Below, piece by piece: positions 9,970 through 19,796 of a stretch of DNA of 64,000 nucleotides. The DNA comes from Spirochaetia bacterium (GTDB lineage: Bacteria; Spirochaetota; Spirochaetia; SZUA-6; Bin103): contig CBDBOV010000001.1 of the NCBI GenBank assembly GCA_965208575.1, positions 160,001-224,000 of the forward strand, given 5' to 3'. The notes under the pieces are model-generated. The model was not told where the DNA came from. It saw only the letters and a program-made list of their open reading frames with translations, and did no database searches. The position numbers and the translations under genes were made by a program. Numbering within the stretch: the first letter of the stretch is position 1; every line of letters starts with the position of its first letter.

Positions 9970-10607
9970 CTTGGCGCGGCAGGCCGCGGGATGCCTGGAA
10001 CAACGCCTCAGCGGCGGGCGGCTCAAACAACTGCAGTTCGCAGCCGGCGAGCCCTTGGATGTGCGATGTCCAGCGACGACCAACGGCCTTAACGCGCCCT
10101 GTCGACGTGGTGCACTTCCAGCCGGTGCGGGGCTGCGGCGGCCGTCGTCGGCACGGGCCGCTCGCAACTCCCGCGCTACGCGGCTCGCATCGCCGCCAAG
10201 AGCCGCGCTCCGATCTCGTTCCGCCAGTCCTGATCGTGATGAAGCGTCCGCCACAGTTCAGCCGCCCGTGGCGTCCCTATCCTGCACGACGGTCGAACCG
10301 TAGCGCGACCTCACGCTCTCGGCCCAATCGCCGCACACGGCCCACAGACTCCTCACCGGTCAGATGACCGGCCATCGGTGGTAGTCGAGCAAGTCCCGGC
10401 CAGCAACCCTGACAATCGCAGGCTAAACGGCGGGGTACACCACGCCGGCGGCTGCTCCGTTCCATCGGCATCGGCGCGCATCGCGCCCGGCCCGGTGGCC
10501 CGGACGGGCGCTTGTCAACACTGCGTCAATACCGGGCACCGCGTGGCAACCGGCCCGCACTCGGCAGCGGGGCGGCCACCGGCGTTGCGTGCGCCGGGTG
10601 CGCGGGC

Positions 10608-11543
10608 TCAATTTGCCGCCGCCGGGTCGGGGTGGCCGGCGTCGGGCTGCGCCGCTTGCCCGTCGTCGTGCTCGCACTCCGGGCCGGCTTTCAGGATGGC
10701 GTCTATGCGGTCGGCGATGAGTTGGGCCGGGCCGCGGAGCTGGCCGATGGTCCAGTCGGCCGCGTAGCCCTCGGTCACGTCGGTGGGCCGGGCGTGGTTG
10801 ACTAGCCGCTTGGTCAGCGAACGCGGCAGGGTCAACTCGCGGTCGGCGATCGTGATCAGGCAGTTGCGGAAGCCGTGGAACCAGAACTTCCTGCCGCCCG
10901 CGCGCGAGATGCGGGCGTAGAGATGGGTGAGCACCGACACGTCGCCCGACCTGCTCGCCGGCGACGGGGAACACCCAGCCGTTGCCGCCGGTCTCGCTCC
11001 GCCGCCACTCCAGGATCGCCGCAAGCTGCCGGGTGATCGGCAGTTCGAGCGGGGTACCGGTCTTGGTGTGCGGCACGTGCACGACCCCGCGCGCCAGGTC
11101 CACGCGCTCCCAGCGCAGCGTCAGTATCTCGCCCCTCCGCATCCCGGAGTACATCGCAACCCAGAAGATCGAGCGGGTGGCCGGGTCCTTCACCACCGCC
11201 TCGATGCCGCGCTGCCAGTAGGGCAGCGCTTCCGCGGGCGACGAGATAACCCGCCGCACGATCGGGTTGAACCGCCCGCCCGCGGCCAGCCACAGGTCCA
11301 CCGGGTTGCGCAGACCCTCGTGATCGACGCAGGCGCGGCGGTAGATGGAGCGCAGGAGCGAGATCACCTGGTTGCCGATCGCCCAGCCGTGCTCCCTGTT
11401 GAGCAGGATGAAGCGCGCCTCCACCTCGCGGCGCCCGATGGCATTCAGCGGGCGCGACACGCAGTCGGCGAGATAGTGCTCGATGGCGCGGTGGTAGGCG
11501 TCACCAGTCTTTGCCGAGCGGTAGGACTTGGCGCTCATGAAAT
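10608..11543 (-). pseudogene. Integrase lacking the arm domain; +1 frameshift in a G run near 10968
   Basis: DFMSAKSYRSAKTG... through the catalytic domain. Confidence 0.9.
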
Positions 11544-11840
11544 CGTGCACCGGTGTCGGACACTACCCGGCATCAGACCGAGGCGCGTCGTGGCAACTCT
11601 ACTTGGCGGAGTTTGGCATCCCCGGCTGGCCGAAAACAGGACCGGTGAAGACGCTCAACGAAATTATGGCGACGACGCAAGCTGCAGACCAGCGGGTAAC
11701 GGAGCATCTGGAGAGGCCCCGTCACATTCGAGATTTCATCCCACCTGTAACATGTGTATCGGTACAATGAACGGAGGGCGCGGCAAGCGATCACGCTATT
11801 GCGGACGTGTCTCGGTGGATCTGCTTAAATAGTAAACGGT

Positions 11841-12182
11841 TTATATGTCATCGCCGAAGAGCCACGGACAACATAACTTCAGATCCATGTCTAACCCCAG
11901 AATTCCGGAAGCAATCATTAGTGCCACAATGCACAACCAACACGTAATACCAGGGATCTTTGCTGGCCTTTCTCCACCCTGTAGCGTATAACTAATCGCA
12001 AGGGGCGCGGATGTCACTGTAAGTGAAGGCAGTCTAGTACAAAAAGCCAAGGAAACGATGCCTATCACCGCTGGTGCGTAGCGTAGGATCTGGCCTACTT
12101 TCTCGGGCACCACCCATCTCGAAGCCCCAGCACCCACGACAGTACCTAACGTAGCCAACCCGATTGTTATGAAGTCGCCCAT
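11841..12182 (-). CDS. Small multi-TM membrane protein, low-GC cargo
   Basis: 113 aa with about 3 hydrophobic segments; overlaps the upstream gene. Confidence 0.55.
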   Translation of the reverse strand: MGDFITIGLATLGTVVGAGASRWVVPEKVGQILRYAPAVIGIVSLAFCTRLPSLTVTSAPLAISYTLQGGERPAKIPGITCWLCIVALMIASGILGLDMDLKLCCPWLFGDDI

Positions 12183-12868
12183 GATGGGGTAAGTTCTAGG
12201 CTGATGAACGCACCAATGCTATGCAAATAAGTCAGTCGAACCGACTTCACTGATCCGTCTTCAACAACAACTGATAGCCAACGAAAAGGTTGTCGATCGT
12301 GGTCTCTAGTGTCAGATAGTTGGTACTCGAATGTAACTCTGTAGGGATCTCCTTCTGACTCTCGAAGGCACATTGATTGCAGTTCTATGCAAAGGTCCTT
12401 TCGTTGATTTCGGGCAGAACGAGTGGCCGTTCCTACCTCAGATTTTTTTCCAACGATGGTAGTGACACAGGAAATAAATGTGTTCCAATCTATTCCTCTG
12501 CTTTCGACTCCTAGTCGAACTCTTTCTACGGTAACGCAATGTTTTGCGTCAGTGTACCCTTCGTGTCTATAGTAAAATCGCGCATTGTCGAATCGTGCAG
12601 AATCCAGGGACAGGTCTGTTTCTTTGAATTGCGGTGCGACATTTTTCATCATCGTTCTGCTTATATCGCGGATGCATTCGAGGTTGTGTAACTGTTCTAG
12701 TCCCTCCTCATACAGCGTCCTATCGTGAAACAAGATAGCCGTCCCGGATTGTGTCTTGCAACTTTCCAGCTTAATAATGACCTCATCGAATAGAGAGATG
12801 CTACTGATAGCCCCGACCGACATCGATACCAGGAAAGTCGTTACCAGTAGACATAGAAGTTTCACCAT
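12167..12868 (-). CDS. Secreted Cys-containing hypothetical protein, low-GC cargo
   Basis: AAGGAG RBS before the ATG at 12868; signal peptide MVKLLCLLVTTFLVSMSVGA. Confidence 0.7.
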   Translation of the reverse strand: MVKLLCLLVTTFLVSMSVGAISSISLFDEVIIKLESCKTQSGTAILFHDRTLYEEGLEQLHNLECIRDISRTMMKNVAPQFKETDLSLDSARFDNARFYYRHEGYTDAKHCVTVERVRLGVESRGIDWNTFISCVTTIVGKKSEVGTATRSARNQRKDLCIELQSMCLRESEGDPYRVTFEYQLSDTRDHDRQPFRWLSVVVEDGSVKSVRLTYLHSIGAFISLELTPSWATS

Positions 12869-13084
12869 CAGTTTCTCCTTGCAACCTTGAGGCAATAGGT
12901 GGCGCTGTCCTCGTGGTTGTCTGCGATCGGAGAACCTTACGGCCGTCTTCCGCTGGTGTCAACGACATCTCGGGCGCGACGGGCGCGACGGGCGCGAGCG
13001 GCGAGAGCGGTAGCAGATCGTTGACTCTAGGCAGAAAAAGGGTCTGCCTACCGCACAACACCACACGCCATGGGCAGGTAGATC

Positions 13085-13210
13085 CGCGCGGGCGGTAGGA
13101 ACTTCTGATTCCAAGGCGTCCGCAACTGCCTGATCAACATCGCCGACCGCGAGTTGACCCTGCCGCGTTCGCTGACCAGGCGGCTGGTCAACCACGCCCG
13201 CCTCACCGGT
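13085..13210 (+). pseudogene. Integrase catalytic-region relic in inverted orientation
   Basis: RNCLINIADRELTLPRSLTRRLVNHAR on the plus strand. Confidence 0.85.
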
Positions 13211-14105
13211 TCCGACTGGCCGACTACGCCTTTGCCGGGCGGGAGCCAAACCCGCTCGATCGCTACGAAAGGGATTAGATCACTCGTCCTCCGTTCCAGG
13301 ACTCATCCTGGCGCAACTCATTTGGGGTCTGAGGCACTGATCTCACGTCCTCCAACTACATCATATAGAAGATATTCCTTCTCCAGTGACCACATCAAGG
13401 ACCGATACTCATCGAGATCCCCCTCCACCTTCCGAATCTCCTCGACAAGCGCTGCGCTTCGACGTCATCCCTGCTCCGCCGCGCTCACCGCGATGTATTG
13501 CGTTGCGCGCCCAGGGCGGTGTGAGGGAGTACCGGTTGCGGTGACGATGGCGTAGGCGGAGAAGCGACCGGGGGCGTAAAGTGTGAAGCCCGCAGCGATG
13601 AGTGCTGCGGGCTTCACTTTTTTCAGGCGGCCTCGGCGTGCGGGAGAACCGCCAGCCGAGGCCAACGAGAGGCAGCGTGACCGAGGGTGCAACCGAGGCA
13701 CACGCGCTCCCGTTCGCGACGACGAACTACGAGGCGGATGAGGACGGAACCCTACACGCCGTGCTGCCGTCGCGATGCGTCTACGCCACGGGGGAGCAGA
13801 CGTGTGCCATCTTCGTCGATCATTACCGAGAGCGCAAGAGCGGGCCGTGCTACCCAGCAATTCTCGGTGAGCGGCGGTTGACGGCCTGAGGCGGATGTTT
13901 GGGGGCCGGCACGGCAAGGAGGTGACGAGAGCACGTCGGCAGAACGAACCGGGCGGCGCAAACGGGCGGATTCCGGGTAAGACTCGGTTCAGCGAGCCGT
14001 TTCTGACGATGGATGGCACGTTTCGACCGCTGGAAGAGATGCGTTGCAAGGTTGTCGGGGCGCACCGGTCGGTGGCCGTGGCACGAATCGGGACAAGCTG
14101 GGGCA

Positions 14106-14322
14106 CTAGCGATCCTGATAGGGCGGCAACGGCTGCGGTGGCGAGTTCATGCGCACCAGCACTTGGTCCCAGGAGGTAAACAGAAACAGCCGGAAGGCGG
14201 AGCGCACCTCGTCCCAGAACGCACGGCGGGAGGAGAAGAAGGTGCGGACGCGCTGATACAGGCCGTCCACCAGTTCAAAGATCTGGTGCATGAAGAAGGC
14301 TATCAAGTTGAGCGTAAACAAC
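14106..14322 (-). pseudogene. Transposase C-terminal relic (ISNCY-like), cut by the IS3 element
   Basis: LNLIAFFMHQIFELVDGLYQ...FWDEVRSAFRLFLFTSW. Confidence 0.55.
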
Positions 14323-14910
14323 GCTTGAGGGTGCCCCGTTTCGGTGGACAGGTAACTACTGAGGTGGCGGGGTAGTGCATGGTAGGTTGAGGTGTATTCG
14401 GTTGGTTGTCAACCCGCGCCTCCACGACCCCCACGACACGACGCCTCCCGAGATTCCACGGCAAATAAACGGTGGCGGTAAAGGGGGTGGGGATCCGGGG
14501 GAGGGGTGGGATTTGCCTGTGGATATGTGGACAAGTCCGCATCAAGCTGGGGGTGGTGGCGGTGTGGATGGCCGTGAGCGGCGCCGGTGTGCGCGGTCAG
14601 GAGATCGCACGACCGTGATCAGTGCTGGCGGCATGGACAGCGGGTGCCGGGAGTCGAAACGGAGCGCCTGAGGGAGGATTCGGGGTTCAGCAAGGGTATC
14701 CGGGACCACCTGCTCGCGAGGAGCGGCCTTACAGGGCCGCTGAGAGCGCCAGTTCGCGCCGCACCGGCAAGATGTCGGCCCGGGTGGGGCTGCAGCCGCC
14801 GGGAGCGGCGCGGTCGAGCCGGTCCGGGGCGCCCGTGTGGGGACGGACCCGCGAGCGGTGCGCCGCTTGGAAACTATGCAGCCGTCGCAACGGGTCGGCA
14901 GCAGGTTGCC

Positions 14911-15204
14911 TCAGTCGCGCCCATACCCGCGTGGCGGCTCGACGCTCTCCAGAGCACCAAGATCAAGCGCGCAAATCGCCTTCAGCTTGTCGCCGAGCGC
15001 GGTCTCCTGGAGCGCCTCGGGCAGGTTGTCGAGCCACGCTTGATACTCTCCCTGGAGGTCGAGCAGGGTGCGCACCGCATCCTGCCAGCGCTGCGGTCGG
15101 GAGCGCCGGTCGTGCGGTCGGCGGTACTGCGCTCGCGGCTGCTGCGCCTTGCGCCGCGCTCGATAGCGCCGTTGGCGTTGCGCGTTGGTCAACGCCATGG
15201 GCAC
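14911..15204 (-). CDS. Small passenger protein inside the IS3 element
   Basis: MALTNAQRQRRYRARRK...LLDLQGEYQAWLDNLPEALQ...PPRGYGRD. Confidence 0.65.
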   Translation of the reverse strand: MPMALTNAQRQRRYRARRKAQQPRAQYRRPHDRRSRPQRWQDAVRTLLDLQGEYQAWLDNLPEALQETALGDKLKAICALDLGALESVEPPRGYGRD

Positions 15205-15394
15205 TGATCACCGTTACGTAACGGCTCCTGGTCCAGCACCTCAGACGCTGCATCCCCGCTGCGCTGCGTGCTCACCGCGACGCCGGTCGGCGCGCGCAGC
15301 CGACTCGGACGCCAAGCGGTCCGGAGAGGGCCAATTGCCGACGAATATTGTCCCTGGAGGGGGCCGAGCGCCAGCATCGGCACCACGACGATGC

Positions 15395-16244
15395 TCATGC
15401 TGCCGCTCCTGTCCGAGTGGCCTCGAACGCGACCGGCGACTGGTAGCCCAGCGCCGAGTGACGCCGGCGACGGTTGTAGAACCCCTCGATGAACTCGAAT
15501 ATTGCCAAGCGCGCCTCGGCACGGCTGCGAAATCGGCTCCGATCCAGCAACTCGCACTCCAGGGTCGCGAAGAAACTTTCGCACATCGCATTGTCGTATG
15601 CATCGCCCACCGAGCCCATCGACGGACGCACGCCGGCCTCTTTGCAGCGTACCCCGAACGCAATCGAGGTGTACTGCGAGCCCTGGTCGCTGTGGTGGAT
15701 CACCTGCTCGGGTCGCCGCTGCCAGAGCGCCATGTCCAGCGCCTCCAGCACCAGTTCCGTGCGCAGATGACCGGCCATCGACCAGCCCACTACCCGGCGG
15801 CTCCAGGTATCCAGCACCACCGCCAAGTACAGAAACCCCGCCCACGTCGGCACGTACGTAATGTCGGCCACCCACAATTGGTCGGCCCCGGCCGCGGTGA
15901 AGTTCCGATCCACCAAGTCTGGCGCCGGTCGGGTCGCCGCGCCACGCGTTGTGGTCCTGGGCCCGCGGCGGCGACTGGCCCCTTCGATGCCGGCCTGCTT
16001 CATCAGCCGCGCCACCCGCTTGTGCCCGACTCGCTCGTTCTCAGCCTGCAACTCGGCGTGGATGCGCGGCCGACCATACACCTCGCGGTTGGCTCTCCAT
16101 ATCGTCGTGATACGTTCCCGCAACTGTTTGTCGCGCCGCTCTCGCGCCGACGGCTCGCGGTGCACCCACGCATAGTAGCCGCTGGCGGAGACCCAGCACT
16201 CGACATATCGTGCGTACCGGCCAGCGCGCCTGGTTGGCTTTCAC
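15395..16244 (-). CDS. IS3 OrfB DDE transposase, apparent frameshift near 16190
   Basis: YGRPRI, WVADITY, HHSDQGSQY, DNAMCESFF, YNRRRRHSALGY. Confidence 0.9.
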
Positions 16245-16555
16245 GAACTCGAACCCCGCTCGGGGATCGAGTCGCTCTCCCGTGCGAACCAGGCCGCTGC
16301 TTTTTTTAGGATGTCACGCTCGATCCGCAGTTGCTTGTTCTCTCGCCGCAGTCGGCGCAGCTCCTGGCGTTCATCGCTGCTCAACCCGTCCTCGCGGCGT
16401 CCAGCGTCCCGCTCCTGCTGCGCCACCCAGTTGCGGATCGCGCCCGCGGACGGCTCGTACTCCAGCGCCAACTCCTCGGGCGTGCGCCCAGACTGCACCA
16501 GCTCGACCATCTGCTGGCGAAACTCAGGCGCGTATGGTCGATGTGTCTTCGGCAT
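16241..16555 (-). CDS. IS3 OrfA
   Basis: MPKTHRPYAPEFRQQMVELV...ILKKAAAWF; A7G slippery tract at 16300-16307. Confidence 0.9.
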   Translation of the reverse strand: MPKTHRPYAPEFRQQMVELVQSGRTPEELALEYEPSAGAIRNWVAQQERDAGRREDGLSSDERQELRRLRRENKQLRIERDILKKAAAWFARESDSIPERGSSS

Positions 16556-16612
16556 CGTTGCCTCCTCATTCCGCCTCACTCCTAATGTGTCCACGAAAGT
16601 GGGGCAACTCCA

Positions 16613-17104
16613 AATCCGCGCCGCGATGCCGACCGCAAGCGGGAACTGAAGCGGGAGGCACAAGCGCGGCGCAACGCCGGCCATGTGGACGCCACGCAGG
16701 TGCGCTACCGGGAGCGGTCGACGGTGGAGCGCGTCAACGGTCGGCTGAAGGACGAATTCGGCGCCCGGCAAGTACGGGTGCGTGGACACAGCAAGGTACT
16801 GTGCCACCTGATGTTCGGCATCCTGGCGTTGACCGTGGACCAGTTGTTGCGCTTCGTGAACTGAGCCAGACCTCTGTTCTGCCCCCTGTAGCGCCGCAGC
16901 CAAGCTGATCTCCAGCAGGAGATAGGGCACCGTTCTGTCCGCACGCTGCCTCCCGAAGGCGCATGGCCCGTGGATTCTGGCCGGCTTCAGGCGCTGCTGA
17001 GGCTCTACGCCGAAAATTCGTCGAAGCTACCTAACAAAACCGCTCATCCTGTTCTCACCTCCCCAGCTTCTTCAGCAGCGCTCCAGAGTTTCTGCAAAAG
17101 GCTC
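16613..17104 (+). mobile_element. 3' end of an IS5/IS1182-like element (transposase tail to 16864 plus terminus)
   Basis: YRERSTVERVNGRLKDEFG...VRG..KVLCHLMFGILAL; likely terminus gagtttctgcaaaaggctc. Confidence 0.65.
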
Positions 17105-17108
17105 CTAC

Positions 17109-17134
17109 TATCCACAAAATGGGGTCACACCCCA
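17109..17134. mobile_element. Orphan IS3-type terminal repeat
   Basis: TATCCACAAAATGGGGTCACACCCCA resembles the IS3 end at 16588-16612 and abuts the toxin start codon of repeat copy 2. Confidence 0.55.
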
Positions 17135-17148
17135 TGCGAGGCCGTTGC

Positions 17149-17394
17149 TCAGGAAAAATCGGGAGGTTCGCGCATCGGGCCGCGCGGCGGGAGTTCCAAC
17201 TCGACACCGCCAAGGGGCGCGAAACACTCGCGGGTGAATTCCGTCAGGTTCCGAAAATGGGGCTTCCCCTGACTCACGGCGTCACGCAAGATGATGCGCG
17301 CCTCCTCTTCCATCGAACGGCGGTGCTCGGCGGCGCGTACGCGCAGACGCGTTTTCACATGGTCATCGAGATTGCGGATGGTGATGCTCGCCAT
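17149..17394 (-). CDS. FitA-like antitoxin, copy 2 (toxin absent)
   Basis: Same protein as 163-408. Confidence 0.85.
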   Translation of the reverse strand: MASITIRNLDDHVKTRLRVRAAEHRRSMEEEARIILRDAVSQGKPHFRNLTEFTRECFAPLGGVELELPPRGPMREPPDFS

Positions 17395-17681
17395 GGTGAG
17401 GTCCTCCGTTCCTGCGGTGCCTATTCTATAGGATGATTGCGGTGCAATCAAGTTTGCCGCGGGATGCCGGTGGGGTGCCGGGGTGCCAACACGAGTGGGC
17501 CGTCCCCTCGCCCAATCGGAGCCCAAATCCTCGCCTGAGTTTCGGAGGACCGCCGCCAGCGCCCCTCAGGGCCGACGACTGGCCGACGGACGGCTCGCGG
17601 GAGGGGTGCGACGGGGTGGAGGTCAGACTGCACCGGACGGCTGGCGAAGGACGAGTGGCCAGAATTCCGTAGCTGCTGACC

Positions 17682-17930
17682 GTGGCGGCCCGCTTGGTGC
17701 GGCGCACTGACACCTTGGCGGCCGAGCTGGCGTCGGCGCGCACCGAGCTACGCGCCGACGTGGCTGAGGTGCGCCGCGACCTGCACGCCGAGGCTACGGC
17801 CATCCGCGCCGACGTGCACGCCCTGGCGGAGCGGGTGGCGCGCATCGAAGGCACCATGATGGGCCCCTGGCGCGCGGCGAACGGCAGCCCGGCGCCCTCG
17901 ACCAGCACGGCACCGGAGGCGAGGCCGTGA
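17682..17930 (+). CDS. Small coiled-coil protein, copy 2
   Basis: Near-identical to 697-945. Confidence 0.55.
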   Translation: MAARLVRRTDTLAAELASARTELRADVAEVRRDLHAEATAIRADVHALAERVARIEGTMMGPWRAANGSPAPSTSTAPEARP

Positions 17931-18043
17931 CCGACGAGGCTCCCACCGTGCCGACTATACGCGGCGTCTATCGTCTGGACCGCATGACCGGCCCTGTTGG
18001 AACAGTTGCTGTTCGCTTCGTTCAAGGGCGGCGACGCGATCGA

Positions 18044-18983
18044 CCGGCATAGCACCTCCGCTTCCAGTGTCGTACGCGGACCTACGTAAATCTCGCTCTC
18101 CTCGCGACCCGCGCCCCGCCAACGGAACAGGTCGAGATTGCGGAAGAGACCGGCGATCATCGAGAGATCGGCGTCCTGTGCGCTTCCGGTGACGGCACGC
18201 ATCAGAAGATTGACCGGCCGCAGGCAGTCGAGGCTCCCAGCTACCATGACGAAGTCGATGAGCAGATGCACCGTGTCTTCCGAGTCGTCCGGTAATTCGT
18301 TACCACGTTCGTCGAACAACGGTTGGTAACGGCTGACGATACCCGCATCCAGCAACCTCTGATGGAGCAACGTCATCGGCTCGACCTGCCGGGTCTGGCG
18401 ACCTCTTGAACGCAATTCGATGGCCGCCGTTCGCGCCTCTCTGTTCAGGCCAGCACCAATGCGCGGCCGGCTGGCTGGAAGCAAACGGTACAAGGACGAC
18501 AGTATGTGGCCCGGTTCCGAGATGCTTCGATCCGATATGTCGACGTGCCTGCCGACCAGGGCAGTGAGTCTGTCTTCTTCGTCGTCCGACAGTCGGGCGG
18601 GAGCTACGATCCCGGCTTGATTCTGACCCTCCGTACCCAGGTCGCTACGATACTGAGAGCCAACAACCACCGTGCGACGACCACGGCTCCGTAAGCCCAT
18701 GAGCAACTCGTAGTAACGATCGTATTCCGCGTTCGCGTCGCACACGATCAAGGTGGCGGCGGCGCCGGCCCGCTCGGCGGACTCGCAGAACTCGGACACG
18801 TCGCGTGACACCGGTACGCGTCCCATCGCATAATCCAGCACCCGGTCCAGCAACGGCACCGCATGTCGAATTCGCCCGGCGTTGCACTCGCTCCGGCTCC
18901 TCGGCAGGCGCGCCTGCCCATCATGTTCGCCCGCCCGGCTGAACAGAAAATAGAGCGGGGGCCTCGCTCTACTGCGTACCGCC
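18044..18983 (-). pseudogene. Internal fragment of a large protein, possibly a P-loop NTPase of defence type
   Basis: About 260 globular-looking codons (TLIVCDAN is Walker-B-like; RRTVVVGSQY; LFRW; GPRTTLEAE); no start or stop, bounded by repeat junctions. Confidence 0.45.
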
Positions 18984-19118
18984 AGTCGACCGGGTTGCGC
19001 AGCCCCTCGTGATCGACGCAGGCGCGGCGGCAGATGGAGCGCAGCAGCGAGATCACCTGGTTGCCGATCGCCCAGCCGTGCTTGCTGCTGAGCAGGATGA
19101 AGCGCGCCTCCACCTCGC
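18984..19118 (-). pseudogene. Internal integrase fragment
   Basis: EVEARFILLSSKHGWAIGNQ...LRNPVD. Confidence 0.9.
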
Positions 19119-19567
19119 CGCGGGTTGTCGTCGACCTCTACCGTGAAGGGGTTATTGGCCTGCCCAAGGCGCGGACGGCCCTGGAGACGCTGGCGGTCGC
19201 CGGTAGATATCCGCGTGATGTCATGGCTGCCGCATTGGTGGCGTTGCTGGAGGAGCAGCAGGATGACCAAACCCATGACCATCCGCCTTCCTGAGGATGT
19301 CTTGAGCGAACTCGGCCGGGCGCGCGCAGGCAGCCGGCAAGGATCGAGCGACCCTGGTGCGGGAGTTGCTTCGGGCTGCACTGGACCGGGACAAGGAAGA
19401 TGAGGTCGTAACCGGCTACGTGTCCGGTCGCCTTGCCCCTGTCGCAGGCCGGCGCGCGACTCGGCACCGACGGATGGTCGCTGTTCGACATCCTCGCACG
19501 GAGGGGCGAGACGGTGAGCGTATCGTTGGAAGATTGGAGGGACTCGACTACGTCGCGGGCGCCTGAG
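19118..19567 (+). pseudogene. C-terminal relic of a probable PIN (DUF3368-like) toxin plus a frameshifted UPF0175-like antitoxin (19263-19567)
   Basis: VVVDLYREGVIG..ARTALETLAVAGRY, then MTKPMTIRLPEDVLSEL; homologous to 4080-4421. Confidence 0.6.
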
Positions 19568-19796
19568 CCGCCCTGTTGAGGTTGGCCGACGGGAGGGGTC
19601 CACCACGCCGCTGCCGCGGGCTGATCCGTTCCGCCGACGGAGGCTCCGCTCCATCGGCATCGGCGAGGATCGCCGTCCTGCCGGCGGTCCGGACGGGCGC
19701 TTGTCAACACTGGGTCAACACCGGTCGCCGCGCGGCAACCGGCCCGCACTCGGCACCGGGGTGGCCACCGGCGTTGCGTGCACCGGGTGCGGCGGC

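Larger units (their letters stand above)
14326..16612 (-). mobile_element. IS3-family element, unusually long (2287 bp), with a passenger region
   Basis: Ends TGAGGGTGCCCCGTTTCGGTGGACA and TGTCCACGAAAGTGGGGCAACTCCA are imperfect inverted repeats with TG...CA; no target duplication visible. Confidence 0.8.

Noticed and set aside
13470-14100. Additional mobile-element relics
   Set aside because: Looks like decayed coding sequence, but I could not assign a family or ends.
17426-19660. 744-aa ORF as a real gene
   Set aside because: Chance read-through across several junctions (tail, TA relic, integrase relic, gene fragment, duplicated block).
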